Shown here in pieces: positions 21,312 through 30,161 of a stretch of DNA of 64,000 nt. The stretch covers positions 12,185 through 76,184 of the forward strand of contig CAVRXD010000041.1 of assembly GCA_963725065.1 (NCBI GenBank). The letters run 5' to 3'. Source of the DNA: an uncultured Alphaproteobacteria bacterium (GTDB taxonomy: Bacteria; Pseudomonadota; Alphaproteobacteria; Rhizobiales; Xanthobacteraceae). The notes beneath the pieces are model-generated. The model was not told the origin of the DNA. It saw only the letters and a program-made list of their open reading frames with translations, and made no database searches. The translations under genes were made by a program, and so were the position numbers. Position 1 is the first letter of the stretch. Each line of letters starts with the position of its first letter.

Positions 21312-21321
21312 CAAAGTCAAG
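21292..21321 (-). promoter_or_regulatory. sigma70-type promoter candidate for the 32-codon ORF (and possibly dnaE)
   Basis: The minus strand reads CTTGAC-N18-CTATGT, close to the rhizobial housekeeping consensus CTTGAC-N17-CTATAT. The -10 lies between the two LexA-type boxes. Confidence 0.45.
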
Positions 21322-21592
21322 CGAGGTGTTGGATCTCGCGAAACGCGATCGGAGCGTTGGAACGGAGCACGTATCGCCGGCGCCTAGAAGAGAGCCCCTC
21401 CGAAACGGGGCCGAGTCGATCGTCTTGGGAGGTGCCCGACCCGCGTCGCAGGGGTGGGCATCCCTATCTAGGTCGTCCGCGGCCACCTCGTCTGTATCGA
21501 ATTGATCACCACCGGAAGATTGACCCGGACCGGCTACCGGGCGGGACTTCAGAAATCCACCGCCGGTAACCGCTTCGAGCCCAGCGCGCCGA

Positions 21593-21874
21593 TCAGCGCC
21601 GCTTGGTCCGGTTGCTTCGTCCGGTGCTCTCCGGGCTTTTCTGGCCGCTTCCATAGGCCAGGTACCACGGATTCTGGACGCAGAACCCGCCGCCGCCACG
21701 CGCCGTCATCATGCATTGCTCGAACGAGGTGAAGGCGCAGGTGGTGCCGTTATCGCCGTCGTTGCCGCCGTACTGGACGCACCAGGGCCGGTAGATTTCC
21801 GCAGCGGCCGGTTGGGCATCGATTGCGAGCGCGGCCGACGCCAGCACGGCGAACGCGACGCGGGTCATGATCAT
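21593..21874 (-). CDS. DUF3551-like small secreted cysteine-containing protein
   Basis: 93 aa from MIMTRVAFAVLASAALAIDAQPAAA (signal peptide), then EIYRPWCVQYGG...TTCAFTSFEQCMMTARGGGGFCVQNPWY. The PWC...C.F.S.EQC...GGFC.NP pattern is as I recall it for DUF3551. Confidence 0.7.
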   Translation of the reverse strand: MIMTRVAFAVLASAALAIDAQPAAAEIYRPWCVQYGGNDGDNGTTCAFTSFEQCMMTARGGGGFCVQNPWYLAYGSGQKSPESTGRSNRTKRR

Positions 21875-22022
21875 GGCCGTCCTCGTAAATTCGCCCCGCA
21901 GGTTCGAACACCGGGTCCGGATTGTTGTTCCCGCGCCGATCCGGCGCCGCTGCGACACCCCGGTCGCCTCAACCGCCGCTGCCCGTTGTGATAAGCAAGG
22001 GCGCCTACGCGGGAGGACGCAA

Positions 22023-22976
22023 ATGTCGCGATTAATACTGCGCCGAGGTCTGGCCGCCACCCTGTCGCTGATGCTCCTGCACGGCGTCGCGGTCGCGGAG
22101 GATGCGCTCAAGATCGCGGTCGGGCAGCGCGGCGGCTGGGAGCAGTGCGTGTCGGAACTCGGCCAGAACGCCGGCATCTTCAAGAAGCATGGCCTCACGC
22201 TTGACGTGCTCTACACCCAGGGCAGCGGCGAGACCATCCAGATCGTGCTCTCCGGCAGCGTCGACATCGGCATCGGTCCCGGTACGCACGCGGTCTTCGG
22301 CGCATTCGCCAAAGGCGCCCCGATCCGGATGATCGGCGCGTCGTTCACCGGCGCCCGTGACCAGCTCTATTACGTGCGCGCCAACTCGGCCATTCGCGGC
22401 ATGAAGGATGCCGAGGGCAAGACCATCGGCATCTCGACCAGCGGATCGAGCTCGCACATGCTCGCCTTGGCGCTCGGGAAGCACTTCGGGGTGAGCCTCG
22501 TCCCGCAAGCGACCGGAAACTATTCGTCCACCCTCACCCAGGTGATGACCAAGCAGGTCGATATCGGGTTCGCGCAGGCACCGTTCGCGCTCGACGCGGT
22601 GGAAGATGGACGCATCCGCCTGGTGGCGAAGGGCGCCGATATTCCGGAAGTCCAAAATCAGACCATCCGCGCCTGGATCGCGCACGCGAACACGTTCGAG
22701 CGGCGCAGGGATGCTTTGGCGCGCTACGTGAAAGCCTATCGCGAGACGCTCGATTGGCTCTATGCGAGCCCGGATGCCGTCAAGGCCTATGCCGCCTGGT
22801 CGGGGCTCGGCGAACGTCTTGCCCGCCAGGCGCCCGACTTCATCACCAAGGACAGCATCGATCCTGTTCGCATCATCGGGCTGGAGGACATGATGGGCGA
22901 TGCGGTGAAGTTCAAATACATCCCCGCGCCGCTGACCGGCGAGCAACTGGCTACGCTGGTGCAGGTGCCGAAATAG
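22023..22976 (+). CDS. ABC-transporter periplasmic solute-binding protein (NMT1/SsuA-like), orphan
   Basis: 317 aa from MSRLILRRGLAATLSLMLLHGVAVA (signal peptide), then LKIAVGQRGGWEQ...YTQGSGETIQIVLSGSVDIG... No permease or ATPase gene is adjacent. Confidence 0.65.
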   Translation: MSRLILRRGLAATLSLMLLHGVAVAEDALKIAVGQRGGWEQCVSELGQNAGIFKKHGLTLDVLYTQGSGETIQIVLSGSVDIGIGPGTHAVFGAFAKGAPIRMIGASFTGARDQLYYVRANSAIRGMKDAEGKTIGISTSGSSSHMLALALGKHFGVSLVPQATGNYSSTLTQVMTKQVDIGFAQAPFALDAVEDGRIRLVAKGADIPEVQNQTIRAWIAHANTFERRRDALARYVKAYRETLDWLYASPDAVKAYAAWSGLGERLARQAPDFITKDSIDPVRIIGLEDMMGDAVKFKYIPAPLTGEQLATLVQVPK

Positions 22977-23018
22977 TCGCTCGCGGATGATCCGCGCAAG
23001 GCGCCGGGGACAGGGCGC

Positions 23019-23762
23019 CTACTCCAGCTCGATGACCAGGCCGTCCCGAAGCGTGACGCGGCGGTCCATGCGTCCGGCGATCTCCATGTTGTGGGTCGCC
23101 ACCACGACCGCGAGCCCGGAGGCCTGCACCAACTGGGTGAGCGCGGAGAACACGTGCTCGGAGGTGCGCGGGTCGAGATTTCCGGTCGGCTCGTCGGCGA
23201 GCAGAATGCGCGGCGCGTTGGCGACCGCGCGCGCGATCGCGACCCGCTGCTGCTCGCCGCCCGAAAGCTCCGCCGGGCGGTGGGTGAGACGGTCCTTGAG
23301 CCCGAGATAGCTCAGCAGATCGGTCGCGCGTCGAACCGCTTCCGGGCGCGACAATCCGCGGATCATCTGCGGCATGATCACGTTCTCGAGCGCGGAAAAC
23401 TCCATCAGCAGGTGGTGGAACTGGTAGACGAAGCCGATCTCGAGGCGCCGGATGCGCGTACGCTCGGCATCCGGGAGGCGTGATGTCGGCGCCTGGTCGA
23501 TATAGACCTCGCCGGCGTCCGGCTGCTCCAGCAGGCCGGCCACGTGCAGGAGCGTCGACTTGCCGGCGCCCGAGGGCGCCACCAGCGCCACCGACTGCCC
23601 CGGCCAGATCGCGAACTCGGCTCCCTTGAGGATGTTCAGGACGACGTCGCCCTGGCTGTAGTGCCGGTCGATGCCGTGCAGGAACAGGATCGGCGGCGTT
23701 TCCGCGCCGGCTTCGTCGCCCGACTGCGACCCCGCCCTGTCGTGGATCGTCGCATCACTCAT
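23019..23762 (-). CDS. lolD: lipoprotein-releasing system ATP-binding protein
   Basis: 247-aa ORF with Walker A (APSGAGKST), the ABC signature ([14 protein letters not shown]) and Walker B ([12 protein letters not shown]). It lies immediately downstream of the LolC/E permease with an 8-nt overlap. Confidence 0.85.
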   Translation of the reverse strand: MSDATIHDRAGSQSGDEAGAETPPILFLHGIDRHYSQGDVVLNILKGAEFAIWPGQSVALVAPSGAGKSTLLHVAGLLEQPDAGEVYIDQAPTSRLPDAERTRIRRLEIGFVYQFHHLLMEFSALENVIMPQMIRGLSRPEAVRRATDLLSYLGLKDRLTHRPAELSGGEQQRVAIARAVANAPRILLADEPTGNLDPRTSEHVFSALTQLVQASGLAVVVATHNMEIAGRMDRRVTLRDGLVIELE

Positions 23763-25023
23763 ATCGCAGCGCCTCGACCGGGTCGAGGCGCGCCGCGCGC
23801 CAGGCCGGATAGAGCGTCGCCAGCAGCGACAGCGCCAACGCCATGATCACCACCGCCGTGGTTTCGCCGACATCGAGATCGGCCGGAAGCTTGGACAGGA
23901 AGTAGAGTTCCGGCGAGAACAGCTCGGTGTTGGTCAGCCACGAGATGAAGCGGCGGATCGATTCGATGTTGAGGCACACCACCAGCGCAAGCAGGAAGCC
24001 GACCAGGGTTCCGATCACGCCGACCGACGCGCCCGTCATCATGAACACCCGCATGATCGCGCCCTGGGTCACGCCCATGGTGCGCAGGATGCCGATGTCG
24101 CGTCCCTTGTCCTTCACCAGCATGATCAGGCCGGACGTGATGTTGAACGCCGCCACGATCACGATGATCGTCAGGATCAGGAACATCACGTTGCGCTCCA
24201 CCTGCAGCGCATTGAAGAACGTGGAATTGCGCTGGCGCCAGTCGATCATGAAGATCGGTCGGCCGGATGCTTCGGTGATGAGCCGGCGGTAACGGTCGAT
24301 CTGGTCCGGCTTGTCGACATACACCTCGATGGCGGTGACGTCGCCGGCGCGGTTGAAATAGGCCTGCGACTCGGGCAGCGGCATGAACACGAACGCGGAA
24401 TCGTATTCCGACATGCCGACTTCGAAAACGGCGGCGACCTTGTAAGGCTTGATGCGCGGCGTCGTGCCCATCGGCGTCACCGCGCCGCGCGGAGCCACCA
24501 GCGTCACGCTGTCGCCCACGCGCAACGACAATTGATCGGCCAGCCTCCTCCCGATCGCCACGCCCTGCCCGGCGTCAAAGCCTTCGAGCGTGCCTTGCCG
24601 GATGTTGTTGGCGACGGAGGGCAGCTTGGCGAGATCGGCGGCGCGCACGCCGCGCACCAGCACGCCCGACGCATTGAACGGCGAGGACGCCAGCGCCTGC
24701 CCCTCCACGATCGGCGCGGCCAGTATGACCCCGGGCACCCGGGAAATGCGCTCGGCGACCGCCTCCCAGTCCGTCAGCGGCTGTTCCAGCGGCTGGATCA
24801 GCAGGTGTCCGTTGAGGCCCAGAATCTTGTCGAGCAGTTCCTTGCGGAAGCCGTTCATCACCGCCATCACGATGATCAGCGTGGCGACGCCCAGCATGAT
24901 GCCGAGGAATGAAAACGCGGCATTGACCGAGATGAATCCCTCTTGGCGCCGCGCCCGCAGATATCGCAGCGACAGCATCCATTCGAACGGAGCGAAAGGG
25001 CGGGTGCTGCTTGTCTCGCGCAT
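23755..25023 (-). CDS. lolC: lipoprotein-releasing ABC transporter permease (LolC/LolE family)
   Basis: 422 aa from [33 protein letters not shown]... with a MacB-like large periplasmic loop and a C-terminal FtsX domain ending ...[21 protein letters not shown]. Confidence 0.85.
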   Translation of the reverse strand: MRETSSTRPFAPFEWMLSLRYLRARRQEGFISVNAAFSFLGIMLGVATLIIVMAVMNGFRKELLDKILGLNGHLLIQPLEQPLTDWEAVAERISRVPGVILAAPIVEGQALASSPFNASGVLVRGVRAADLAKLPSVANNIRQGTLEGFDAGQGVAIGRRLADQLSLRVGDSVTLVAPRGAVTPMGTTPRIKPYKVAAVFEVGMSEYDSAFVFMPLPESQAYFNRAGDVTAIEVYVDKPDQIDRYRRLITEASGRPIFMIDWRQRNSTFFNALQVERNVMFLILTIIVIVAAFNITSGLIMLVKDKGRDIGILRTMGVTQGAIMRVFMMTGASVGVIGTLVGFLLALVVCLNIESIRRFISWLTNTELFSPELYFLSKLPADLDVGETTAVVIMALALSLLATLYPAWRAARLDPVEALRYE

Positions 25024-25110
25024 CGGATTGTTCCCCGCCCCCCGGATTTCACACGATTCTGGCCGTTTCAGGCCCTGCCCGGCCACCCCAGGCCGGCACG
25101 GCGTACCAGC

Positions 25111-26430
25111 TCAAGGCGCCAGCCGCTTGACCGCATCGGCGGCGATCATCAATTCGCGGCTGCCGTCGGAGCGTTTCTTGACCTCGACCTTGCCCTCGGC
25201 AAGGCCTTTCGGCCCGATCAGAACCTGCCAGGGAATGCCGATGAGGTCGGCGGTCGCGAACTTCGCTCCCGGGCGCTGGTCGAGGTCGTCGTATAGCACC
25301 TCGACGCCCTTGGCTGTGAGGTCGCGATAGAGCGCCTCGCAGGCCGCATCGGTGTCGGCGGCGCCCTGCTTGAGGTTGAGGATCGCCACCCGGAACGGCG
25401 CCACGGCCTCCGGCCACTTGATGCCGGCATCGTCGTGGAACGCCTCGATGATGGCGCCGACCAGGCGCGATACGCCCACCCCATAGGAGCCGCCGTGGAC
25501 CGGCCGCTCCACCCCGTCGGCCCCGGTCACCGCCGCCTTCATTGCATCGGAATACTTGGTCCCGAAGTAGAAGATCTGCCCCACTTCGATACCGCGGGTA
25601 TGCAGCCGCTTGTCCGCTGGAACTTCGCGCTCGAAGCGCGCGGCGTCGTGTACGTCCTCGGTCGCCGCATAAAGCTCGGTCCACGGCCGGATGTGGGGCG
25701 TCAGGTCGCCCTCGTAGTCGATGCCCTCGCCCGGCACCGGAAGCTCCAGGACATCCTTGTTGCAGAACACACCGGACTCGCCGGTCTCCGCCAGAATGAT
25801 GAACTCATGCGAGAGATCGCCGCCGATCGGCCCGGTCTCCGCCGCCATCGGAATGGCTTTGAGGCCCATGCGCGCGAAGGTGCGCAGATAGGCGACGAAC
25901 ATCTTGTTGTAGGAGACGCGGGCGGCCGCCTCGTCGATATCGAAGGAATAGGCGTCCTTCATCAGGAACTCGCGCCCACGCATCACGCCGAAGCGCGGGC
26001 GCTGCTCGTCGCGGAACTTCCACTGGATGTGATAGAGAATCTTCGGCAGATCGCGATAGGAGCGAACATAGGCGCGGAAGATTTCCGTGATCATCTCCTC
26101 GTTGGTCGGTCCATACAGCATCTCGCGCTCATGCCGATCCTGGATGCGCAGCATCTCCGGGCCGTAGGCGTCGTAACGCCCGCTCTCGCGCCAGAGGTCG
26201 GCAAGCTGCAGCGTCGGCATCAGGAGTTCGACGGCCCCGGCGCGGTCCTGCTCCTCCCGCACGATCTGCTCGATCTTCTTGAGCACGCGAAATCCGAGCG
26301 GCAGCCAGGCGTAGATCCCCGCGGCTTCCTGTCGGATGAGTCCGGCCCGCAACATCAGGCGATGAGAGACAATCTCCGCCTCTTTAGGGGTCTCGCGCAG
26401 GATCGGGAGGAAGTAGCGGGATAGGCGCAT
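25111..26430 (-). CDS. proS: proline--tRNA ligase
   Basis: 439 aa from [34 protein letters not shown]..., with class II motifs (...[25 protein letters not shown]...) and ...[11 protein letters not shown]... The length fits the short alphaproteobacterial ProRS type. Confidence 0.93.
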   Translation of the reverse strand: MRLSRYFLPILRETPKEAEIVSHRLMLRAGLIRQEAAGIYAWLPLGFRVLKKIEQIVREEQDRAGAVELLMPTLQLADLWRESGRYDAYGPEMLRIQDRHEREMLYGPTNEEMITEIFRAYVRSYRDLPKILYHIQWKFRDEQRPRFGVMRGREFLMKDAYSFDIDEAAARVSYNKMFVAYLRTFARMGLKAIPMAAETGPIGGDLSHEFIILAETGESGVFCNKDVLELPVPGEGIDYEGDLTPHIRPWTELYAATEDVHDAARFEREVPADKRLHTRGIEVGQIFYFGTKYSDAMKAAVTGADGVERPVHGGSYGVGVSRLVGAIIEAFHDDAGIKWPEAVAPFRVAILNLKQGAADTDAACEALYRDLTAKGVEVLYDDLDQRPGAKFATADLIGIPWQVLIGPKGLAEGKVEVKKRSDGSRELMIAADAVKRLAP

Positions 26431-26786
26431 GGTGATGTGAGAATTGGTTTCCTTCGAAGACCCCGGAGTGAAGCCGGATCGCTTCCGAAAACACAAGAGC
26501 TATCAAGGTCTTCTGCTAGCTATTTCGTCTGCTTTTGTGAGTATTGCCCGGCTTTATGGTGCACTGCAAACAAAATAACGTCGATATTAAGAGTTTCCCC
26601 GCGCCATTACTTCTCGTGACAAGTCAAACGAGATCGGCTAGCGTTGAATCGCGTGAGGTCGAAGCGCTAAGCAATCTCCGGCGCCGTCGGCCACGCGGTC
26701 CAAGTCTTGGGAGGATAAGTCGGCGCAAAGCCGCGCAGCCGTCTCGCTCGAAAACAAAAATTTCGCTTCATCCATGTACGTCTCGG

Positions 26787-26818
26787 GAGCAGGGCCTCGG
26801 CCCTGCTCGTTTTTTTTT
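26787..26818 (+). terminator. orphan rho-independent terminator (plus strand)
   Basis: GAGCAGGGC-CTCG-GCCCTGCTC (9-bp stem, 4-nt loop), then G and nine T. No plus-strand CDS ends upstream of it (proS is on the minus strand). It lies 120 nt before the next plus-strand start. Confidence 0.6.
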
Positions 26819-26938
26819 GGACCTGACCACCGGTCCGCATCCCCCCGAATGGCTTGCACAGGTGTGTTCGCGATCACATCGGACGCAAGGCCGTTACAAT
26901 ACGTTTGGCGGACGATCCTCTTTGCACAGGAGACTTCG

Positions 26939-27187
26939 ATGCGAACGATCATTCTCGCCACTGCCGCGCTGGCTGCCGCGTCACTGACGACCAGCATTCC
27001 CGCGCACGCTGACGGTCCTTGGTGCGCCCGCGACGTCCTCGGCGGCACCAATTGCGGATTCTACAGCTACGCGCAGTGCCGGGCAGACATCGTGGGGATC
27101 GGAGGTTCTTGCGTGCCCAATCTGAACTACACTGGTGCTGCGCAAGGCTACGGCCCCGATCCGCGTCGTCGCCCGCGCCAGTATTGA
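26939..27187 (+). CDS. DUF3551-like small secreted cysteine-containing protein (second copy)
   Basis: The ATG sits 7 nt after AGGAG. The 82 aa are MRTIILATAALAAASLTTSIPAHA (signal peptide), then DGPWCARDVLGGTNCGFYSYAQCRADIVGIGGSCVPNLNY, the same Cys pattern as 21593-21874. Confidence 0.7.
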   Translation: MRTIILATAALAAASLTTSIPAHADGPWCARDVLGGTNCGFYSYAQCRADIVGIGGSCVPNLNYTGAAQGYGPDPRRRPRQY

Positions 27188-27331
27188 GTGATCCCGAAAA
27201 CGTCGGCGGACGTTTCGGGGTAGATGATGCCCCCGGGCAAGCACCTGGGGCGACATCACGCTTGGTCTGAATCGATTCCGCTCCGGCATCGGCGCAATCG
27301 TGTCCCGGCGCGGACGATCATCAGCCGTCAA

Positions 27332-27604
27332 CTAGCGCGGCACGACGCCGAGCAAGGCGGCGAGATCATCGAGCGTGATCAGCCGGTAGGTATAAACGAC
27401 GTGCCAGAGCGCAAAGACGAGGCCCGCAACGATCGTGGTCCAAACCAGTTTGCGCCAGAGATGCGGGATCACGGGCGCGCCGGGGTCGCTGCCCGGCGCG
27501 ATCGCGCCGTCTTCATGTTGGCTACGCACGCCCCATGGCAGAACGGCGAACAGAACCATCCACCAGATGATGAAATAGATCGCGATCGAGGTCGGCAGCG
27601 ACAT
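27332..27604 (-). CDS. DUF1467 family small membrane protein
   Basis: 90-aa ORF MSLPTSIAIYFIIWWMVLFAVLPWGVRSQ...LVWTTIVAGLVFALWHVVY with two TM helices. It has the usual alphaproteobacterial position next to mce. Confidence 0.75.
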   Translation of the reverse strand: MSLPTSIAIYFIIWWMVLFAVLPWGVRSQHEDGAIAPGSDPGAPVIPHLWRKLVWTTIVAGLVFALWHVVYTYRLITLDDLAALLGVVPR

Positions 27605-27749
27605 CAGTGCTGGTGTCCCGACGCAAGGCTGGTGAGAAACCGCAAGTCCACCGCGCCAAATTCAGGGATCATGCCGGCGTCGAACGTCCGCCGCTCGCTG
27701 CGGGCGCGCCGCTGGCCCCGCGGCACGGCAGGGCCTGTCGCCAAACAAA

Positions 27750-28154
27750 TCACGCCTGCTCGATCTCGACCAGCGTGCCGCAAAAATCCTTCGGGTGCAG
27801 GAACAGCACTGGCTTGCCGTGGGCGCCAATCTTCGCATTCCCGTCGCCAAGCACGCGCGCGCCCTGCGCCTTGAGCTTGTCCCGCGCCGCCAGGATGTCG
27901 TCGACCTCGTAACAGACGTGGTGAATGCCGCCGTCCGGATTGCGGTCGAGAAACTTCGCGATCGGCGACTCCTGTCCGAGCGGTTCGAGCAGTTCGATCT
28001 TGGTATTCGGAAGCGTGATGAAAACCGTGGTCACGCCGTGGTCGGGTTGCGGCACCGGCTCGGAGACCTGCGCGCCCAGCGTCTGGCGGTATACGTTCGC
28101 GGCCTTGCCGATGTCGCGCACCGCGATTGCAACATGGTTGAGCCGTCCGATCAT
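27750..28154 (-). CDS. mce: methylmalonyl-CoA epimerase (VOC superfamily)
   Basis: 134 aa from MIGRLNHVAIAVRDIGKAANVYRQTLGA...IELLEPLGQESPIAKFL...GGIHHVCYEVDDI... The 27 upstream codons of the track ORF were rejected. Confidence 0.85.
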   Translation of the reverse strand: MIGRLNHVAIAVRDIGKAANVYRQTLGAQVSEPVPQPDHGVTTVFITLPNTKIELLEPLGQESPIAKFLDRNPDGGIHHVCYEVDDILAARDKLKAQGARVLGDGNAKIGAHGKPVLFLHPKDFCGTLVEIEQA

Positions 28155-28203
28155 GACCCGTCTCCTGCGGCACCGATTGCAAATACATCCATAGCCACCT
28201 CGC

Positions 28204-29118
28204 TCAGCCGCCGCCACCGAGAAGGCCGAGTTCACCGAGAACCGTCTTCATCTCGGAGCGCTCGCGCTCGAGATATTGCTGCAACTCGGCGCCGTCGAGA
28301 TACATCTCGGTCCAGAAATGACGCTCGAGATCAGACCTCCATTCCTTGCTTTGGGTCGCCGCCGCGAGCATGGCTTGCCAGAACGCGATCTCGGTGGCCC
28401 CGAGTTCCGGCGGACCGCTCGCGCCGCGCCACGACCCGACGACGCAATCGACCGACTGTTCGATCCAGGTCGGCGCCGCCTCATAGGGTCCGGGCAGACG
28501 CGTCGGCGAGGAAATGGCGATGGCGCGAAGCCGGTTGGCCTCGAGTTCGGGCACGGCGCTCGCCGCCGTGATCGCACCGACAACGGAATGGCCGGCAACC
28601 ACGTCCGCGACCGCGTCGAGGGCGGTATCGAACACGCGGATCTTCGCCGCGCGCGTGTCGCCGCCGGCGTGGCGGATCACCTTCGCTACCGCGACGTGAT
28701 TGGAATTGCCGAGCGACGTGGAGAGCGCGATCGTGACGGTGTTCTTCGCCAGGCCTTCGGTCAGGTCGGCGCTGCCGCGGATGGTCGAGTCGGCGCGAAC
28801 AACAAACGCGATGTATTCGCTGTACAGGATCGCCAGTGGTGCAAACCGTCCCGGGTCCGATTTGGTCACGCCGATCAGGTAGTCGGCGGTCATGTTGGGC
28901 GAGCTGATCCCGATCACATGGCCGTCGCGGGCGTGCTGCTCGACGTGGCGCCATGCCTTGCGCCCGCCCTCCCCACCCACATTGACGACCCGCACCGGGA
29001 CATCGAGGAGTCCGGTGGCGGTGATCGCCTTGACCAGCGCCCGCGCCGAGCGGTCGAGACCGCCACCGGGCGGCGTGCCCGCGATGATCTCGATCTCGCG
29101 CTCCGGCTGCCAGATCAT
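28204..29118 (-). CDS. Bug/TctC-like solute-binding protein without a recognisable signal peptide
   Basis: 304 aa from MIWQPEREIEIIAGTPPGGGLDRSARAL... The ATG forms an ATGA overlap with the stop of the upstream Bug gene. The 125 upstream codons of the track ORF lie inside that gene and are Arg/Gly-rich. Confidence 0.65.
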   Translation of the reverse strand: MIWQPEREIEIIAGTPPGGGLDRSARALVKAITATGLLDVPVRVVNVGGEGGRKAWRHVEQHARDGHVIGISSPNMTADYLIGVTKSDPGRFAPLAILYSEYIAFVVRADSTIRGSADLTEGLAKNTVTIALSTSLGNSNHVAVAKVIRHAGGDTRAAKIRVFDTALDAVADVVAGHSVVGAITAASAVPELEANRLRAIAISSPTRLPGPYEAAPTWIEQSVDCVVGSWRGASGPPELGATEIAFWQAMLAAATQSKEWRSDLERHFWTEMYLDGAELQQYLERERSEMKTVLGELGLLGGGG

Positions 29119-30089
29119 GGGCTGTTCGCAGGCTTCATCGAGCCGAGCACCCGCGCCCAGAGATCCACCTCCTTGCGCATGAACTCCTCGAATGCGGCCG
29201 GTGAACGCTGTTGCGGCGGGGCGACGTCGTATCCGAGATCGGCAAACCGCTTGACCACGATCGGATCGTCCATGGCCACCGACAGCGCCTGGTTGAGCTT
29301 CGCCACGATCGGCGCGGGCGTGCCCTTGGGCGCGGAGAGGCCATACCAGACCGTGAGCTTGAAGTCCGGCAGTCCCGCCTCGGTGGTGGTCGGAACATTC
29401 GGCAGCATCGCGGAGCGCGTCTCGCCGGTGACGGCGTAGGCCTTGAGCGACCCGGCCTTCGCGTGCTCGACGATGTTGACGATCTGGTTGCACAGGAAAT
29501 CCACGTTGCCCGCCAGCACATCCTGGGTCGCCTGCGGCGTGCCGCGATACGACACCACGGTCGGCTTGATGCCGATCAGCGAATGGAACACCGAGCAGGC
29601 GAGATGCGACACCGAGCCCACGCCGGCATCCGCTTCGGTCACGGTCTTCTCGTTGGCGCGCAGGTAGGCGACCAGCTCCTGTAATGTATTGGGGGGAAAA
29701 TCTTTCTTGCCCACGATCACGACCGGCGTCGTATTGACGAGGCCCACCGACTCGAAATCGAGCGCGCGATAAGGCGGATTGACGTAAAGCTGCTCGACCG
29801 CGGCATGCGTGCCGGAACCCGAGATGCCGAGCGTATAGCCGTCAGGCGCGGCCTTCGCCACACGTCCCGAGCCCAGCGTCCCGCCCGCGCCGGTCACGTT
29901 CTCGACCACGACTTGCTGTCCCAGTGCCTTGGACATCGGCACGGCGATGAGCCGCGCGACCGTGTCGGAAGGGCCGCCCGCCTGGAACGGCGCCACGATC
30001 GTGACGAACCGTGTTGGGAAATCCTGCGCGAACGCTTGAGACGCGTAAGCCAGCAGCACGGTCGCGAGATAGCACGATGTTCTGATCAC
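29115..30089 (-). CDS. Bug-family (TctC-like) solute-binding protein
   Basis: The start is a GTG 5 nt after GGGAGGA. There is a signal peptide (VIRTSCYLATVLLAYASQAFA), then QDFPTRFVTIVAPFQAGGPSDTVARL...ENVTGAGGTLG...APDGYTLG. Confidence 0.8.
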   Translation of the reverse strand: MIRTSCYLATVLLAYASQAFAQDFPTRFVTIVAPFQAGGPSDTVARLIAVPMSKALGQQVVVENVTGAGGTLGSGRVAKAAPDGYTLGISGSGTHAAVEQLYVNPPYRALDFESVGLVNTTPVVIVGKKDFPPNTLQELVAYLRANEKTVTEADAGVGSVSHLACSVFHSLIGIKPTVVSYRGTPQATQDVLAGNVDFLCNQIVNIVEHAKAGSLKAYAVTGETRSAMLPNVPTTTEAGLPDFKLTVWYGLSAPKGTPAPIVAKLNQALSVAMDDPIVVKRFADLGYDVAPPQQRSPAAFEEFMRKEVDLWARVLGSMKPANSP

Positions 30090-30161
30090 GGCTTCCTCCC
30101 TTCGACCGCCCTTTGCGGACGGCAACATTACGCGTCGAGCACGTTTAGACCTCGAGCACGC

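Noticed and set aside
26540-26818. Possibility that the orphan-terminator region is the tmRNA (ssrA) or 6S RNA gene.
   Set aside because: I could find no tRNA-like acceptor/T-arm (GGTTCGA..CCA) and no ANDN-type tag reading frame, and the usual 6S context (ygfA) is absent. It is kept only as an unclassified sRNA candidate.
26638-27051. A 137-aa minus-strand ORF, together with the 147-aa plus-strand ORF at 26544-26987.
   Set aside because: The minus-strand ORF is antisense to the well-supported DUF3551 gene. The plus-strand ORF reads straight through an intrinsic terminator. Neither sequence is protein-like.
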